A stretch of 64,000 nucleotides of DNA, taken from Macrostomum lignano. Lineage: Eukaryota. A model generated the notes under the pieces. That model had not been told where the DNA came from. It did not search any database and saw only the letters and a list, made by a program, of their open reading frames with translations. Location: contig NIVC01001357.1 of NCBI GenBank assembly GCA_002269645.1, positions 1 to 64,000 of the forward strand, given 5' to 3'. Shown in pieces: positions 15,634 to 27,440 of the stretch (its first letter is position 1; every line of letters starts with the position of its first letter). Both the position numbers and the translations under genes were made by a program.

Positions 15634-18600
15634 TATTGTATTTCCAACGAATGCAAATGTAAATGCTTATTTTATATCTATGGCTCAGTCATGCTTCAAT
15701 ATACAGATAAGTGAGTCGCAGCCCCAGAAGCTGACCATTTTTATTTTCTAGCACAAGAGCTAGTACACCAATAATACAACATTGGTGGCAGCAGTAAAAG
15801 CGCACTTGGCGCGAAAGTGCATCTCCGCTGCAGGACAGAGGCGGCACACCACAGATGAGCCTACTACCTCAGCCATCTCCATTCGACCCGGAAAAGGATC
15901 CATCGAACGTGGCGAAAAGATGGGAGGACTACCTACAGGAAATCATGCTGTGGTTGGACGCCTACGGAATAACAGACGACAAAAGAAAGCGATCTGCATT
16001 TCTGCTCTGTGCCGGTGTGAAAGTTCGAAAAATACTAGAAAACCTGGACAACACAGGATCTGACTTCAAAACGGCTCAGACCTGACTGGACGAGTACTTC
16101 AAGGACGGAACAAACGTGGTATACGAAACCTTCAACCTGCTACAAATCAGGCAAAAGGAAGGTGAGGCCATTGACTCTTTCCATGGCCAACTGCGGGAAG
16201 CAGCGAAATACTGCGACCTCGAGGTATCAACCACTGATGCAACAACCAAACTGTCCTATGAAGACAGAATAATTCGCGATCTTGTAGTCCTAAACTGCAA
16301 CTCAAACAGCCTCAGACGGAAGCTCATTCCAAGAAGGGTCAACTCTGACTCTGAAGAGGGCCATCGAGATTGGAAGATGCTTCGAATCGACGAACAGCCA
16401 GAGCGGCGTCATTGAGAAGCACGTCTCCGACCCGAGCACCGTCAATGCAGTCGGATAGTCAAAAGGACCAAGAAGATTCCCTAAATCGAAGAAAACTAGA
16501 TTTGACAGCAAGCAGTTTCCCAGAAGAAAGTCCAGTGTTCGCGATGTCTGTAGCCGCTGTGGAAGAAGCTCACATACAGCAGAAAACTGCTATGCGCGCA
16601 ACGATACTTGCAAGAAGTGCAACAAGGTGGGACATCATGCCAAGATGTGCAGAACCAAACTACCAACCAAAAGTAAACTTCAAGTTTACGAAACGAAAGA
16701 ATCAGGCGTGACTGAATCGTCAGACTCAGAGGAGATTCATACGATAGCAAGCGTTAGCGCAAAGAAGAACGGTGCAACAAAGCAAGCTGTCATCAACGGC
16801 AGAAAATGCGATGTACTAATTGACTCGGGCTCCAATCTAAATCTAATATCCTACAACACAGTTGCTAAAATGGTGAGTCTGGATCAGATTAACTCAAGAT
16901 CACGTATCAAGATTTGGTTGTATGGGGCCAGGATCCCCATCGAAACCCAAGGCACAGTACATCTGGAAGTTACTCTCAATGAAAGTACACAGCAAATGAA
17001 GTTTCACGTAACCCCAGTAAAGGATGCACGCACTATCATCGGATTTGAGGATGCCTTCAAGCACGGTTTCCTGACATGGGGCTTGGATAAAAGCTGCCTT
17101 CATATCGAGAACATTCAGCAGCCAACGCAAGTGATTCTGGAAGAGTTCAAGGATGTCTTCCGTGGAATAGGAAAACTCAAAGACAGCAAAGTTAAGATTC
17201 GCCTGAAGGAGAACGCCAATCCTATTGTTCATCCACCATCGCGTATACCAGCACACCTCCATCAGAAACTGCGCGAAGAACCAGAAAGGCAGTTAAAAGA
17301 GGATATAATCGAGCCAGTCAAGGGAACTACTGAATGGGTGTCAAGATTAGTGGCTGTTCCAAAGGCCAACAGTAAATTGAGAGCCATGGTTGATCTCAGA
17401 GACCTAAACAAGGCTACTAGAAAGGAGCACTACCCACTGCCCAGCATCGACGAACAACTGATTAACGTTGGCGATGCTAAGTACTTCTCCTACTTAGATG
17501 GCAACAAAATGTTTCATTAGCTAGAACTGCACGAAGACTCCAGGATGCTCACAACATTCTCAACAGGCTTGAAAGACTGGCCACTTATGAGATACAAGAG
17601 ACTACCAATGGGCTGGGTGAACTCATCATTTGCACTCCAATCGGAAATGCATCGAGTTCTTGCTGGCATTTCAGGAGTTCTGAATATCCAGGATGACATC
17701 GGGATCTACGGTTGTACTTTGGAAGAGCACAATGACCGCTTGAGAAAAGTCCTGCAACGACTGAAAGAGAATAACATAACCATCGGGAAGGAAAAGTGCA
17801 AGTTTCAGTGGATAAAATAACCTTCATGGGAATGCTACTGACTCGCAAGGGATTGCAAATTGGTGATGCAAAGGTGCAAGCCATTCGGACTTTCAGAGAA
17901 CCTACAAATCCCAGCGAGGTAAGGTCATTCATGGGCCTAGTGCAATTCGTCTCACGCTTCATCTCTAACTTGGCGACCATCGCAGAACCGATTCAGAAGT
18001 TAATGCGAAAGCAGGTCAACTGGAACTGGAGCACAACACAGAAGGAAGCCTTTGCAGAAATCATCAAACAAACTTCTACCTCAGAAACACTGGCCTACTT
18101 CGACACTTCAAGAACAATTGAACTGCAAGTCGACGCTTCACCGGTGGGTCTCGGAGCTGTCCTAACCCAAACAGACAGTCGAGGCACCACATCAGTCCGG
18201 TATGCTACGCAAGCGGGACGCTAAGTGACGTCGAAAGAAGGTACAGCCAGACCAAGTGCGAGGCATTAACAATAAAATGGGCGTGTAAAAACTTTCAGAT
18301 CTATCTATTGGGCACTCCAAAATTCACGGTTATTACTGATCACAAGCCACTGCTTGGTTGTTTTCGCCCAGGTTCCAAACCGCCTCCGAGAATCGAGAGA
18401 TGGGCGATGCGTCCGGTATGCACTTCAAACTACAAACTACTACTTCCAGACAACCGATGAACGTGGAGAACCCCAAAGCATCAAGTGCCAAGGCAGATGA
18501 ACATCTCATCCAGCAAATTTCTACGGAAGTTCAATATTGGGGAATCTAAAAGTGACATTGAGAAGGATTCGAAAGACAACTTGTGGATTCAATCAGCTTT

Positions 18601-20035
18601 GAGATTGCTACAAACGGGGCAATGGAGTAAATCCAACACGTATTACAACATCAGAAGCCAACTTTCTAGCACAAATGGAGTCCTGTTGTACCAAGACCGC
18701 TATGTAGTACCGAGAAAATCTGTTATGGCAGTGTTAGAGACAATGCACGAAGGGCATTTGGGAATCGCCAAAATCACTGAGTGGCTGAAAAGATGCGTTT
18801 GGTGGCCTCTGATGGCAGAAGATGTACAGAACTTTGTATCATCATATGAAAGTTGCTCAAGAGCACTTCCGGAAACGAGAAAACCATCAATCATTCCGAC
18901 GGAGCTACCAGAAGGAGCCTGGAAGCTAATAGGTACCGATCTAAAAGGACCTCTTCTGTCTGGAAAGACACTATTAGTCATCGTGGACGGGTATTCTCGC
19001 TACCCGTTAGTTTACGTGTTGCCGAAGGCTGATTCGACGGAGGTGACCAATAAAATGAAGGAAGTATTTCACTCGTACGGTGCACCAGAAGAATTAATCA
19101 CAGACAATGGTCCACAGTTCATATCCGAAGAATTCAAGAATCTAATGCAAGAATTTAATGTAAAGCACCGAAAGAGCACCCCATACTGGCCTCGTGGCAA
19201 CGCAGAAGTGGAACACTTCAACAGAACTCTGAACAAGACCCTGCAGATCTGCAGTCGGGAAAGGAAGAACCTGAAACAAGAACTTGGACAGTTATTGTAC
19301 AGCTACAGATCTTCACCGATCTGCGCGACTGGAGAATCCCCAGCGACGCTATTCTTTAAGAAGGAATTCGACAGGAAGTTACCAATTCCGGAAAGGAGAA
19401 CCATGACTCCAAACAGCGACATCAAAGCTTGTGATGAAGAGTACAAACGGAAAATGGCAGAAGACGGACCAGCCAAGTACCAGAAGATGTTCTGCCCTGG
19501 CAATCAGGTCATCTGGAGACGAGAATTTCGGAACAGCAAGTACGAACAGCCTTATGAAGTGCAACCGGGAACGGTCATCGGGACCAATTGCACGACTGTG
19601 AGGATTCAAACCGAAGACGGCAGAATAATGCGAAGGAACATCTCACGACTAAAGAGAGTTAATTGGAAAGACTCCCCAGAAGAAAAATTCGAGATGGAGG
19701 TTCCCTCAAGGTTCAAAGCAGCAAACCAGCCAGTACAGGAGGAGCCTACAGTGAGAGATCGACAACGAGGAATCAGTCTCCGACAGAATCCAAAGCCGCC
19801 AGAGAGATTCGTGCCTGGATAATTTGGGCAACGATTCCTGAACATTTTTTGGTTTGTCTGACTGTATTTGTTCAAAGGGGGGAGAGATATTGTATTTCCA
19901 ACAAATGCAAATGTAAATGCTTATTTTATATCTATGGCTCAGTCATGCTTCAATATACAGATAAGTGAGTCGCAGCCCCACAGGCTGATCATTTTTCTTT
20001 TCTAGCACAAGAGCTAGTACACGAATAATACAACA
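15634..20035 (+). mobile_element. Full-length decayed Ty3/gypsy LTR retrotransposon (probably Mag-like)
   Basis: LTRs 15634-15781 and 19888-20035 (148 bp each, 6 mismatches counted); TSD GTAGC on both sides; PBS TGGTGGCAGCAGT at 15783 (resembles the complement of a tRNA-Leu 3' end); PPT AAAGGGGGGAGAGA before the 3' LTR; domain order gag-PR-RT-RH-IN. The Mag assignment is inferred from the short LTRs and twin CCHC knuckles. Confidence 0.95.
15855..19822 (+). pseudogene. Disrupted gag-pol polyprotein of the gypsy element
   Basis: Gag from ATG 15855 with two CCHC knuckles; protease VLIDSGS; RT IQDD; RNase H DASPVGLGAVL; integrase HEGHLG...C..C, DLKG, TDNGPQF, EVEHFNRTL. In-frame stops at ~16083 and 17518; frameshifts near 16330, 17810, 18220 and 18420-18480. 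Confidence 0.92.
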
Positions 20036-20177
20036 GTAGCCAATTGCCATTATCATGGATAGTGTCTAGCATAGATTGGCCTTTAGTAGTGTAGACATAG
20101 TCTGGTGCACTGGTGCAGTTTAGTGCAAGAAAGGGATGTTTGGCACAATTTAGACCTTGGCTGCAATAGGCATAGTT

Positions 20178-22827
20178 AGAGACTTCAGTGAGATTTTGAA
20201 AGTTTATTTTGTTGGATTTTTTATATATACATTCGATAGAGGAGAGTGTTAGAATTCTAAAATGGTCTCATTTGTCCAATTTGATCAAATAATAAAAAAG
20301 TTGTAACATTTTTGCGTGAAAAAGATGGCGTTTTTAGATAGGAAAAATACACTATGGGTTGGTGGTGTCTTTCAAGTGCCATATTTGAAATTTTCTGTTT
20401 TTTTTGTCTTTTTGGTCATATCTCTTTTAATATTTAACCTATAGTGTTTATCTAGGTGTCATTTTAAAGATAAAGAAGTTCTATACAATAGTAATATAAT
20501 TGTTTGACACAATCAATGACAACTATTGTGTAAGCAGGCTTTGAAAATAAAAAATATACACTTTTTGTATGCTGCCAAGGTCGATTTTTGTTGTTGTAAA
20601 TGGCTATTATTTGTAAAGTTTTCAATATATCTTGATAATTTTTTTCCTTTTAAACACCTAGTATAATGTACCTAATCACAGTTTTTTTAATTTAGAACTG
20701 CTTGGTTTAAAAATCACCGATTTTGTGTTTTTTTTGCTAAAAGAACTTAATGGCATATCTCAAAATTGCATGTTTTTCAACTTTTAACTTGTGCAGGCCC
20801 CTCCTGATTCTTTTACAAAATTGATAATCATATAACTTATTTTAAATGTGTGCTGAATCTAGGAAAACACATTTGTTATAATACACATATTTTTATAATA
20901 TTTTATACAAACTATTTTTTGTTTAAACTAGCAGCAAATTTTAGTAAAATAGAAGCATTTTTGGCAGAGAGACCAACCTTGCGCATTGTGGTTCCTTAAA
21001 GAGAAGGCAAGTACCAAATAGCAAGAGTTCCGAGTAAGCATTATTAAAGATTGTTTTCTAAGTTTATTTTTTTTCTAAAATGAAGTGAAGTAGATGGAAG
21101 AGTATGCAGTATATACTACTGAGAAGTGGAAGTAGTAAGAGAATACAAAGTAGATCCTAAATCGATACATGTGAGAAAAACTGGAGGCTGTGACCCTCTG
21201 ATCTCAGTAATGCCCAGGATTGGAAGTACATGCAATACATATACCAGTAAGCCAATATATTGCTCAGGGAAGAATAATAGTAAATGCTACCAGAATAATA
21301 GCAAACACTACTGGAATAACAGGAGAATGATACTTGTAAGGGCTAAATAGTATTCTAAGAACAATATACTCAGAAAAATTCTCAAATGTTCTTAGACTTA
21401 TTCTAAGATTAATAAACTCATAATTTATTAATAGAATATAGTCTTGGTGGCAGCTACCAACATTTATAAAGACAGAAATTAAGCCCTGTTATAACTTTGG
21501 TAACCTCAGTAGGATTTTTAATAAAGAGAAGCTTTAGTCTGTTACAACCTAGTGGCATTAGTGGAATAGCTAAAAGAGGAAAGCAAACCACTACGACAAC
21601 TTTGGTGACATTGTGGGATTATTCATAAAGACAGAAGGTTAGCCCTTTGACAACTTGGTGGCAGCTTTAGGATTAGAAAAGTAGGCTAGCCCTACAACAA
21701 ACTGTTATATAAAATATATTGTAACCTAAAATTGTATTTTAATGTTGCTTATTAAGCATACAAGTTAAATAAAGACCATCTCTTATAAAGTTCAGTTAAT
21801 TTTATGAGTTTGCAGTGTAGATGCCAAGTTTAGTGCATACCAAGCCAAGTTTAGTGCATTCCAAGGGTCAGTTGTTGGGGTTGCAATTGCTATAGCTCAA
21901 TAAGTTAGAGCAAGCAGTTTCAATTAATTAACTTCAAAAAACATTTCCTATGGTAAAAGTCCTTTTTTGGTTAAGAAAAGCCATAATAACCTACTTTTTA
22001 TATAAGTAGCATGTGGGTAGTGTACTAGTGTATCACGTGTATGTGTACATATTTTAAAAAAAAGAACTTGTGATTGCATGCTTCAGACACAAAATAGGAG
22101 ACTACTAACTTTGTCAAATTATTATCTATATATCAGTGAATAGAATGCAGTAGGGGCCTAAAGAAATGGCATGTAGAACAAAACTATATATTTTCTGCAT
22201 AAGTAGTTTGTGAGTAGTGCAAATGCTTATGTTTACTAAAAATAAAAAATTGTTAGTACAAAGAAGTGAGAAATGCAAAATGAGAGAAGATATTGCTAAA
22301 AATGTGTTAATACTACTTTCTTAAAAAAATACATAAAAAGTCTGCAAAATGAAGTCATCTATAAAAAAACCCCATTTTTAGTTCTTGGGTAAAAAATACA
22401 TTGCAGAGATAGGCAAAAAATGAGCCTAAAAAAGCTTGATAATTTTTTAGTGAGAAGAGATACAAACAAACAGTTTTATTATGTGCACATTTCATAAAGA
22501 CGCATTAAAAAATAGCATTTAGAATTGCACAAAATGCAATAAAAAAGTTATTCAACTTTTAAATTTTTACATTGGCCAAATAGGAACAATAATTTTTTTT
22601 CTGCAAAAGCACTTTTTGGACCTTTAACTATCTAACTTTGTCTTTGCATTTCTATCATTAAACTTTGTTTAGGAGTTATTTCATTTGAAAGATATATTTC
22701 TCTAGTTTCTTATACATATTTTGGATTTTTATAAAACCCATTCAACACAGCAATTGAATTTTATAGTTTTAAGAATTTTTGTTTTTTTGCATCATTTTCA
22801 ACTTTCAAAGTCTTACTGAAGTCCCTA
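20178..22827. mobile_element. Putative 2.65-kb non-autonomous DNA transposon with 28-bp TIRs
   Basis: Left TAGAGACTTCAGTGAGATTTTGAAAGTT versus right (reverse complement) TAGGGACTTCAGTAAGACTTTGAAAGTT, 25/28 identical; AT-rich interior with no recognisable transposase. Confidence 0.7.
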
Positions 22828-23214
22828 GTATAATGACCTCATATTCTTTGGACTAAATAGCTATATATAGCCTTTATATGTACTATACAATAGCTGCAGC
22901 TAAGTTGTTAGTTGCACATATGCCCATTAGGGCAGGTGTAGTAAATTACTATGATATTAATAATAATTTAAATAATCTAAAAAGGTTAAAATATTTAGGG
23001 ATAAAATATATTTAATTATAAAAATATATCCCTTTTTAGAATGTTGTATTGTAGCAGTTTTATATTACAAGAACATTGTAAGAACAATTTCATATGACAT
23101 ATGGAATTATGTATTCATAGAATCTAGATAAGGTTATAGTTACAAAATTACAAATTGTACACAAGTTTTCAATGACAAAGATACTTACTGATATAGTGAC
23201 TATTGTTAACGAGG

Positions 23215-23559
23215 CTACTTAATTTTAGTGTAGACACAACCTCTGAACGAGTTGTATCTCACATCAATTTCGTCTTCTTCCAATTCATCAGACGCATAAA
23301 TTTCATTGTAGCATTCCTTAGAAGCACATATGCGCACACACTTTTCTCTCTCTAAGTAATCACTAATATGAGAGCAACCTGGTCTGCATTCGTTTATTCT
23401 ATCATTTACTTTTCTTTGATACTTCTGTTTAGATTTAAGTGAGTAACGAGGATAGGAAAACTGCGGTTGGCTATGGCAAAAATCGACAACCAAAGCAAGT
23501 ATTAGAACGAAAATCAAAAGCTTATTATATAGTGTATATTGATTGTTGGGTGCAGCCAT
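23215..23559 (-). CDS. Small secreted cysteine-rich protein, DUF4787-like, 114 aa, intronless
   Basis: ATG at 23559; hydrophobic signal peptide LLIFVLILALVVDFCHS; motif C..C...CVRICASKECYNEIY..DELEEDEIDVRYNSFRGC recognised from memory as DUF4787 (no search run). Confidence 0.8.
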   Translation of the reverse strand: MAAPNNQYTLYNKLLIFVLILALVVDFCHSQPQFSYPRYSLKSKQKYQRKVNDRINECRPGCSHISDYLEREKCVRICASKECYNEIYASDELEEDEIDVRYNSFRGCVYTKIK

Positions 23560-23762
23560 TTTAATCGAAGATGTAAAGTTTCGACTGGACTGTTTCAATG
23601 TTAAAAAGCTCAAATACGATTCATATTTTTTCGAGAAATCTTAAAGGCCAATTGGATAAGAGGCTATAGCATATAGTACCTATACATCAAACTACACGAT
23701 TATATGATTAAAGATTCTTGGAATGAGAAATATTTGAATTGGCGCGTTTTATCCGCTATTAT

Positions 23763-24125
23763 TAGGCTTTTCACGAAGATCGGTTCTAGAACCAGAATAA
23801 TTCCGATTCCAGAACAGAATCGGTAGGAAAATGAAAAGCTTTGAAAACATTTTATGTTGGCCAGTCTTTACAATTAATTTTGTCTTTCCTTGGCTTTGTT
23901 TCTTCTTGGATATGACAAAAACGGAATAATTATACACCAATAATATAAATTTGACGATTTCAAATCTATTTTACTGTTAAAATGTATGACAACGGATCAA
24001 GAAAATTTCTTGATCCAAATTCCAGAACCAGAACACGGTTCTGAAACCGATTTTGAAAACCGAATAGACAATATGAAAAGCTTCAAACCGATTCTGGTTC
24101 TGGAACCGGTAATATGAAAAGCCTA
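23763..24125. mobile_element. 363-bp MITE with ~36-bp imperfect TIRs (TAGGCTTTTCA...TGAAAAGCCTA)
   Basis: TIRs extend through CGGTTC(T/C)AGAACCAGAAT on both sides; internal repeats of GGTTCTGGAACC-like palindromes. Confidence 0.8.
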
Positions 24126-24469
24126 ATAGATGCTGTTTTACTTATAATTTTTTATTAGATGATGCTCTAATATCGCGTAATAATAACTTGAAAAATAATA
24201 AAGTGTACTAAATTCCCAGATTACTAGTTTAATAATATGCAGTTTGCTTTAATATAGCTCTTAATTACGTCCAGCGACCAAGCATAATAGCAACCATAAG
24301 CCAGAAAACAAGCCAGAGAATTTCTTTCGATTTCGATTTCGCATAAACCGAGGGTGGTCCACGTACGTGCAGCTCCCAAAACCTCTTTATCGGGTCCTTT
24401 TAAACTTTACAATAGCAATCTGGCCCGATCAAGATTGGGGTACCTCTTCTTAGCTCCAATCGAATCTTC

Positions 24470-24574
24470 TCTCCTGTCTTCGATCTTCTCTTCTCTCCTC
24501 TTCTTCTCTCTCTCCTCTCACCTTTTCTCTCTCATCTCTCCTCTTCTTCTCTTCGCTCTTCTATCTTATTGTCT

Positions 24575-24646
<72 letters not shown>

Positions 24647-24700
24647 CTTTTATTCGTTCCTCTCTCCTCTCATCTTTCCTCTCCTTGTCTCCTCGCTTTT
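24470..24700. repeat. CT-rich low-complexity tract with a (CT)n core
   Basis: Directly visible. Confidence 0.9.
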
Positions 24701-25575
24701 TTACTTAATACTCCCTACTGGCGGGGATTATCGCAACCCCATCGCAACCCCAATGTAAAAGAAACCAAGGATTAACCTTGGGGGTGCGCCCAGTCCCCGC
24801 CAGCAGTCAGAATTGGTTAACAGAGGAGGCATCGGCGACCCTCACCCGGCCGGTATCTTGGACGAAGGCGTGAAGGTCACGGATGTTGTCGAGGGTGGTC
24901 AGCTCGTCCATCCGCTGGGGGTGTCCGAGGTGCTTGTGCCGCACCTTGTTGAAGTGAGGGCAGAAGGTGATGTGATGCTCCGCGGTCTCTCTCCTACCAC
25001 AGAAAAGACAGGTAGGAGCTGGCAAATGGTTTGCAACGAGATATGTCTCTGGAAGAATCCATGGCCGGTTAGGACCATGCACATCTCACTGGGGTGGGTT
25101 CTGTTAAGTCAGATCAGATAGTCAGAGACTTTCCTGTTCAGTTTAGGCATCGCAGAGCGGGTCTGCCTAGTCGGTGCAGCTGTTCCAGTGGAGCTGGTGT
25201 TGCTGGTGGAACGACCTGTTGATATGGCGGGTGACTTGCGACCTAGGCATGGGTAGCCTCATCAGGAGGTGGTTGCCGTCTGGATTGCTGCCCTCCTTGG
25301 CGAGAGAGTCCGCGAGTTCGTTACCCAAGGATATTGCTGTGGCCGGGTGTCTTGACTATTAGTGTAGAAATGAATATTCAAATTCCTAACGTTCGCCTGG
25401 AGCAGGTGCTGGGCACACTGCTCAATGGCACAGATTTTGGCTTGGAAAACCGAGGTGTTCTCAATGAGCTGGTGCAGACTTTCCTAAAGGAGCATCTTAC
25501 CTTCGTGGAAGATGGCCCTCGAGTTCTTCTAAACTTCAAAGTAGCAGTCCGGCCTGCTCAAGGTTTGTATCTCTT
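24699..25575 (-). mobile_element. 5'-truncated, decayed non-LTR retrotransposon (RNase H + C-terminal CCHC; I/R1/LOA-type)
   Basis: Minus-strand translations [17 protein letters not shown]...IHFYTNSQ and [12 protein letters not shown] (RNase H with an internal deletion), [10 protein letters not shown], and [20 protein letters not shown]...HLG...[10 protein letters not shown]. Confidence 0.88.
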
Positions 25576-26877
25576 CTCAGCTCCCTTGTCGAATCTCCTC
25601 TCCTTATCTTCTCTCCTCTTTCTTCTTCTCTTCGCTCTCCTCTCTTCTCTGTCTCCTTCTCTTCGCTCCTTTTACCTCTCCTTTTTCCTCATGTTCTCGA
25701 TCTTGTCATGGGCACACGCTCCCTTCTCTCCTCTTTCCTCTCCTCTTTCCTCTCCTCTCATCTCTTTTCTTCTTTATTACCTCGCCTCTCCTTTCTCCGA
25801 TCTCTTTTCTCTATTTCCCTCTCCTCTCTCGCCACTCCTCTAACCCGCAGGCATGCGCTACATGTACCGCATAGGTTCTTTATCTGGCCCTTGTTATAAA
25901 CGGTTGTAAACATGCATGGGTACGAGGGTGGTTAACACGAACTCAGTGAATCGAGCATGCGCTTGCTCGTGTTGTAGTACTTACTCGTAAGAAAGTTCAA
26001 AGTCGTATCAAATCGAAAGAATTCAATTCCACTTTAACTTGTGAAATATAACATCGGAACCTTTACATTTGAATCGGCACTGGCGTGCCATCATCTAAAG
26101 TATATATTAATTAATATCGGGTGTAGTATGTCCTTAATAAGTTTTTATCATCGGTCTTGATGTTGCAGTAGTGCTTCATATTTTAGCTGCAATCGAATTC
26201 ATCGATCGAACTCTCAATCAAATCAGCTGCTGACCGGGCCGAAGAAGTCAGCCCAGCAGTGGAGTTGCTCCCCTGTATGGCTAGCCCCATCGATGTCTTT
26301 CTCATCCTCATAAATCAGTCATTTCCAATGCAGACGTCTCTCAAAAATTTGTCTCTCCCCCTCACCAGCACAGGAGAAGCTGGGTTGCTTCTTCTACTCA
26401 GGAGAGACACAGGGCGGAGATGAGGAGATCGCGAACGGCCTGCTTCAACTGCCGCACCTCAGCATCCGAGCGGCATTCCATTCATTCATTGGGGTTGGGT
26501 TGGTCGGAGGGGACGAAACACTGGCCGGGGAAGAGAGGCAAGGGAGAACGCAGTTGCGGAGAGGGAATAGAATCGAGAGGACAAGGAGGAGCAGAGAATT
26601 CCCCGAAGGGGAAAATGGATTTTTCAGGCACGCTGCTCAATCATGCATCGATTATTGGAGCGGAGTGAAGAAATGGGGGAATTCTTTATTCTTCCAAGCG
26701 ATGGAGAATGGGAATAAACATAAACAGAATCCCCGTGCTCTAAGGGGTAATGAGATTCCACTCATAGTTTTCAGATACAACTAGAGATTAGCTACGTGCA
26801 TTGATATGAAGTCTCGATTCATTCCAATGTTAGAATGCTTTAACAGCAACATTAAACTTGCTTTTGAATTGGGGAGG

Positions 26878-27440
26878 GGCGCCAGCATCAGGGACGCCAG
26901 CACCAGACGCGCCAGCACCAGACGCGCCAGCACCAGACGCGCCAGCACCAGACGCGCCAGCACCAGACGCGCCAGCACCAGACGCGCCAGCACCAGACGC
27001 GCCAGCACCAGACGCGCCAGCACCAGACGCGCCAGCACCAGACGCGCCAGCACCAGACGCGCCAGCACCAGACGCGCCAGCACCAGACGCGCCAGCACCA
27101 GACGCGCCAGCACCAGACGCGCCAGCACCAGACGCGCCAGCACCAGACGCGCCAGCACCAGACGCGCCAGCACCAGACGCGCCAGCACCAGACGCGCCAG
27201 CACCAGACGCGCCAGCACCAGACGCGCCAGCACCAGACGCGCCAGCACCAGACGCGCCAGCACCAGACGCGCCAGCACCAGACGCGCCAGCACCAGACGC
27301 GCCAGCACCAGACGCGCCAGCACCAGACGCGCCAGCACCAGACGCGCCAGCACCAGACGCGCCAGCACCAGACGCGCCAGCACCAGACGCGCCAGCACCA
27401 GACGCGCCAGCACCAGGGGCGCCAGCACCAGGGGCGCCAA
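26878..27440. repeat. Near-perfect 15-bp minisatellite (GCCAGCACCAGACGC), ~35 copies
   Basis: Directly visible; degenerate units at both edges only. Confidence 0.97.

Noticed and set aside
14000-24350. AT-rich block as contaminant or horizontally acquired DNA
   Set aside because: Similar AT-rich intergenic DNA occurs at 51.8-53.6 kb and in KNDC1 exons, and the block is explained by eukaryotic TEs and ordinary intergenic sequence.
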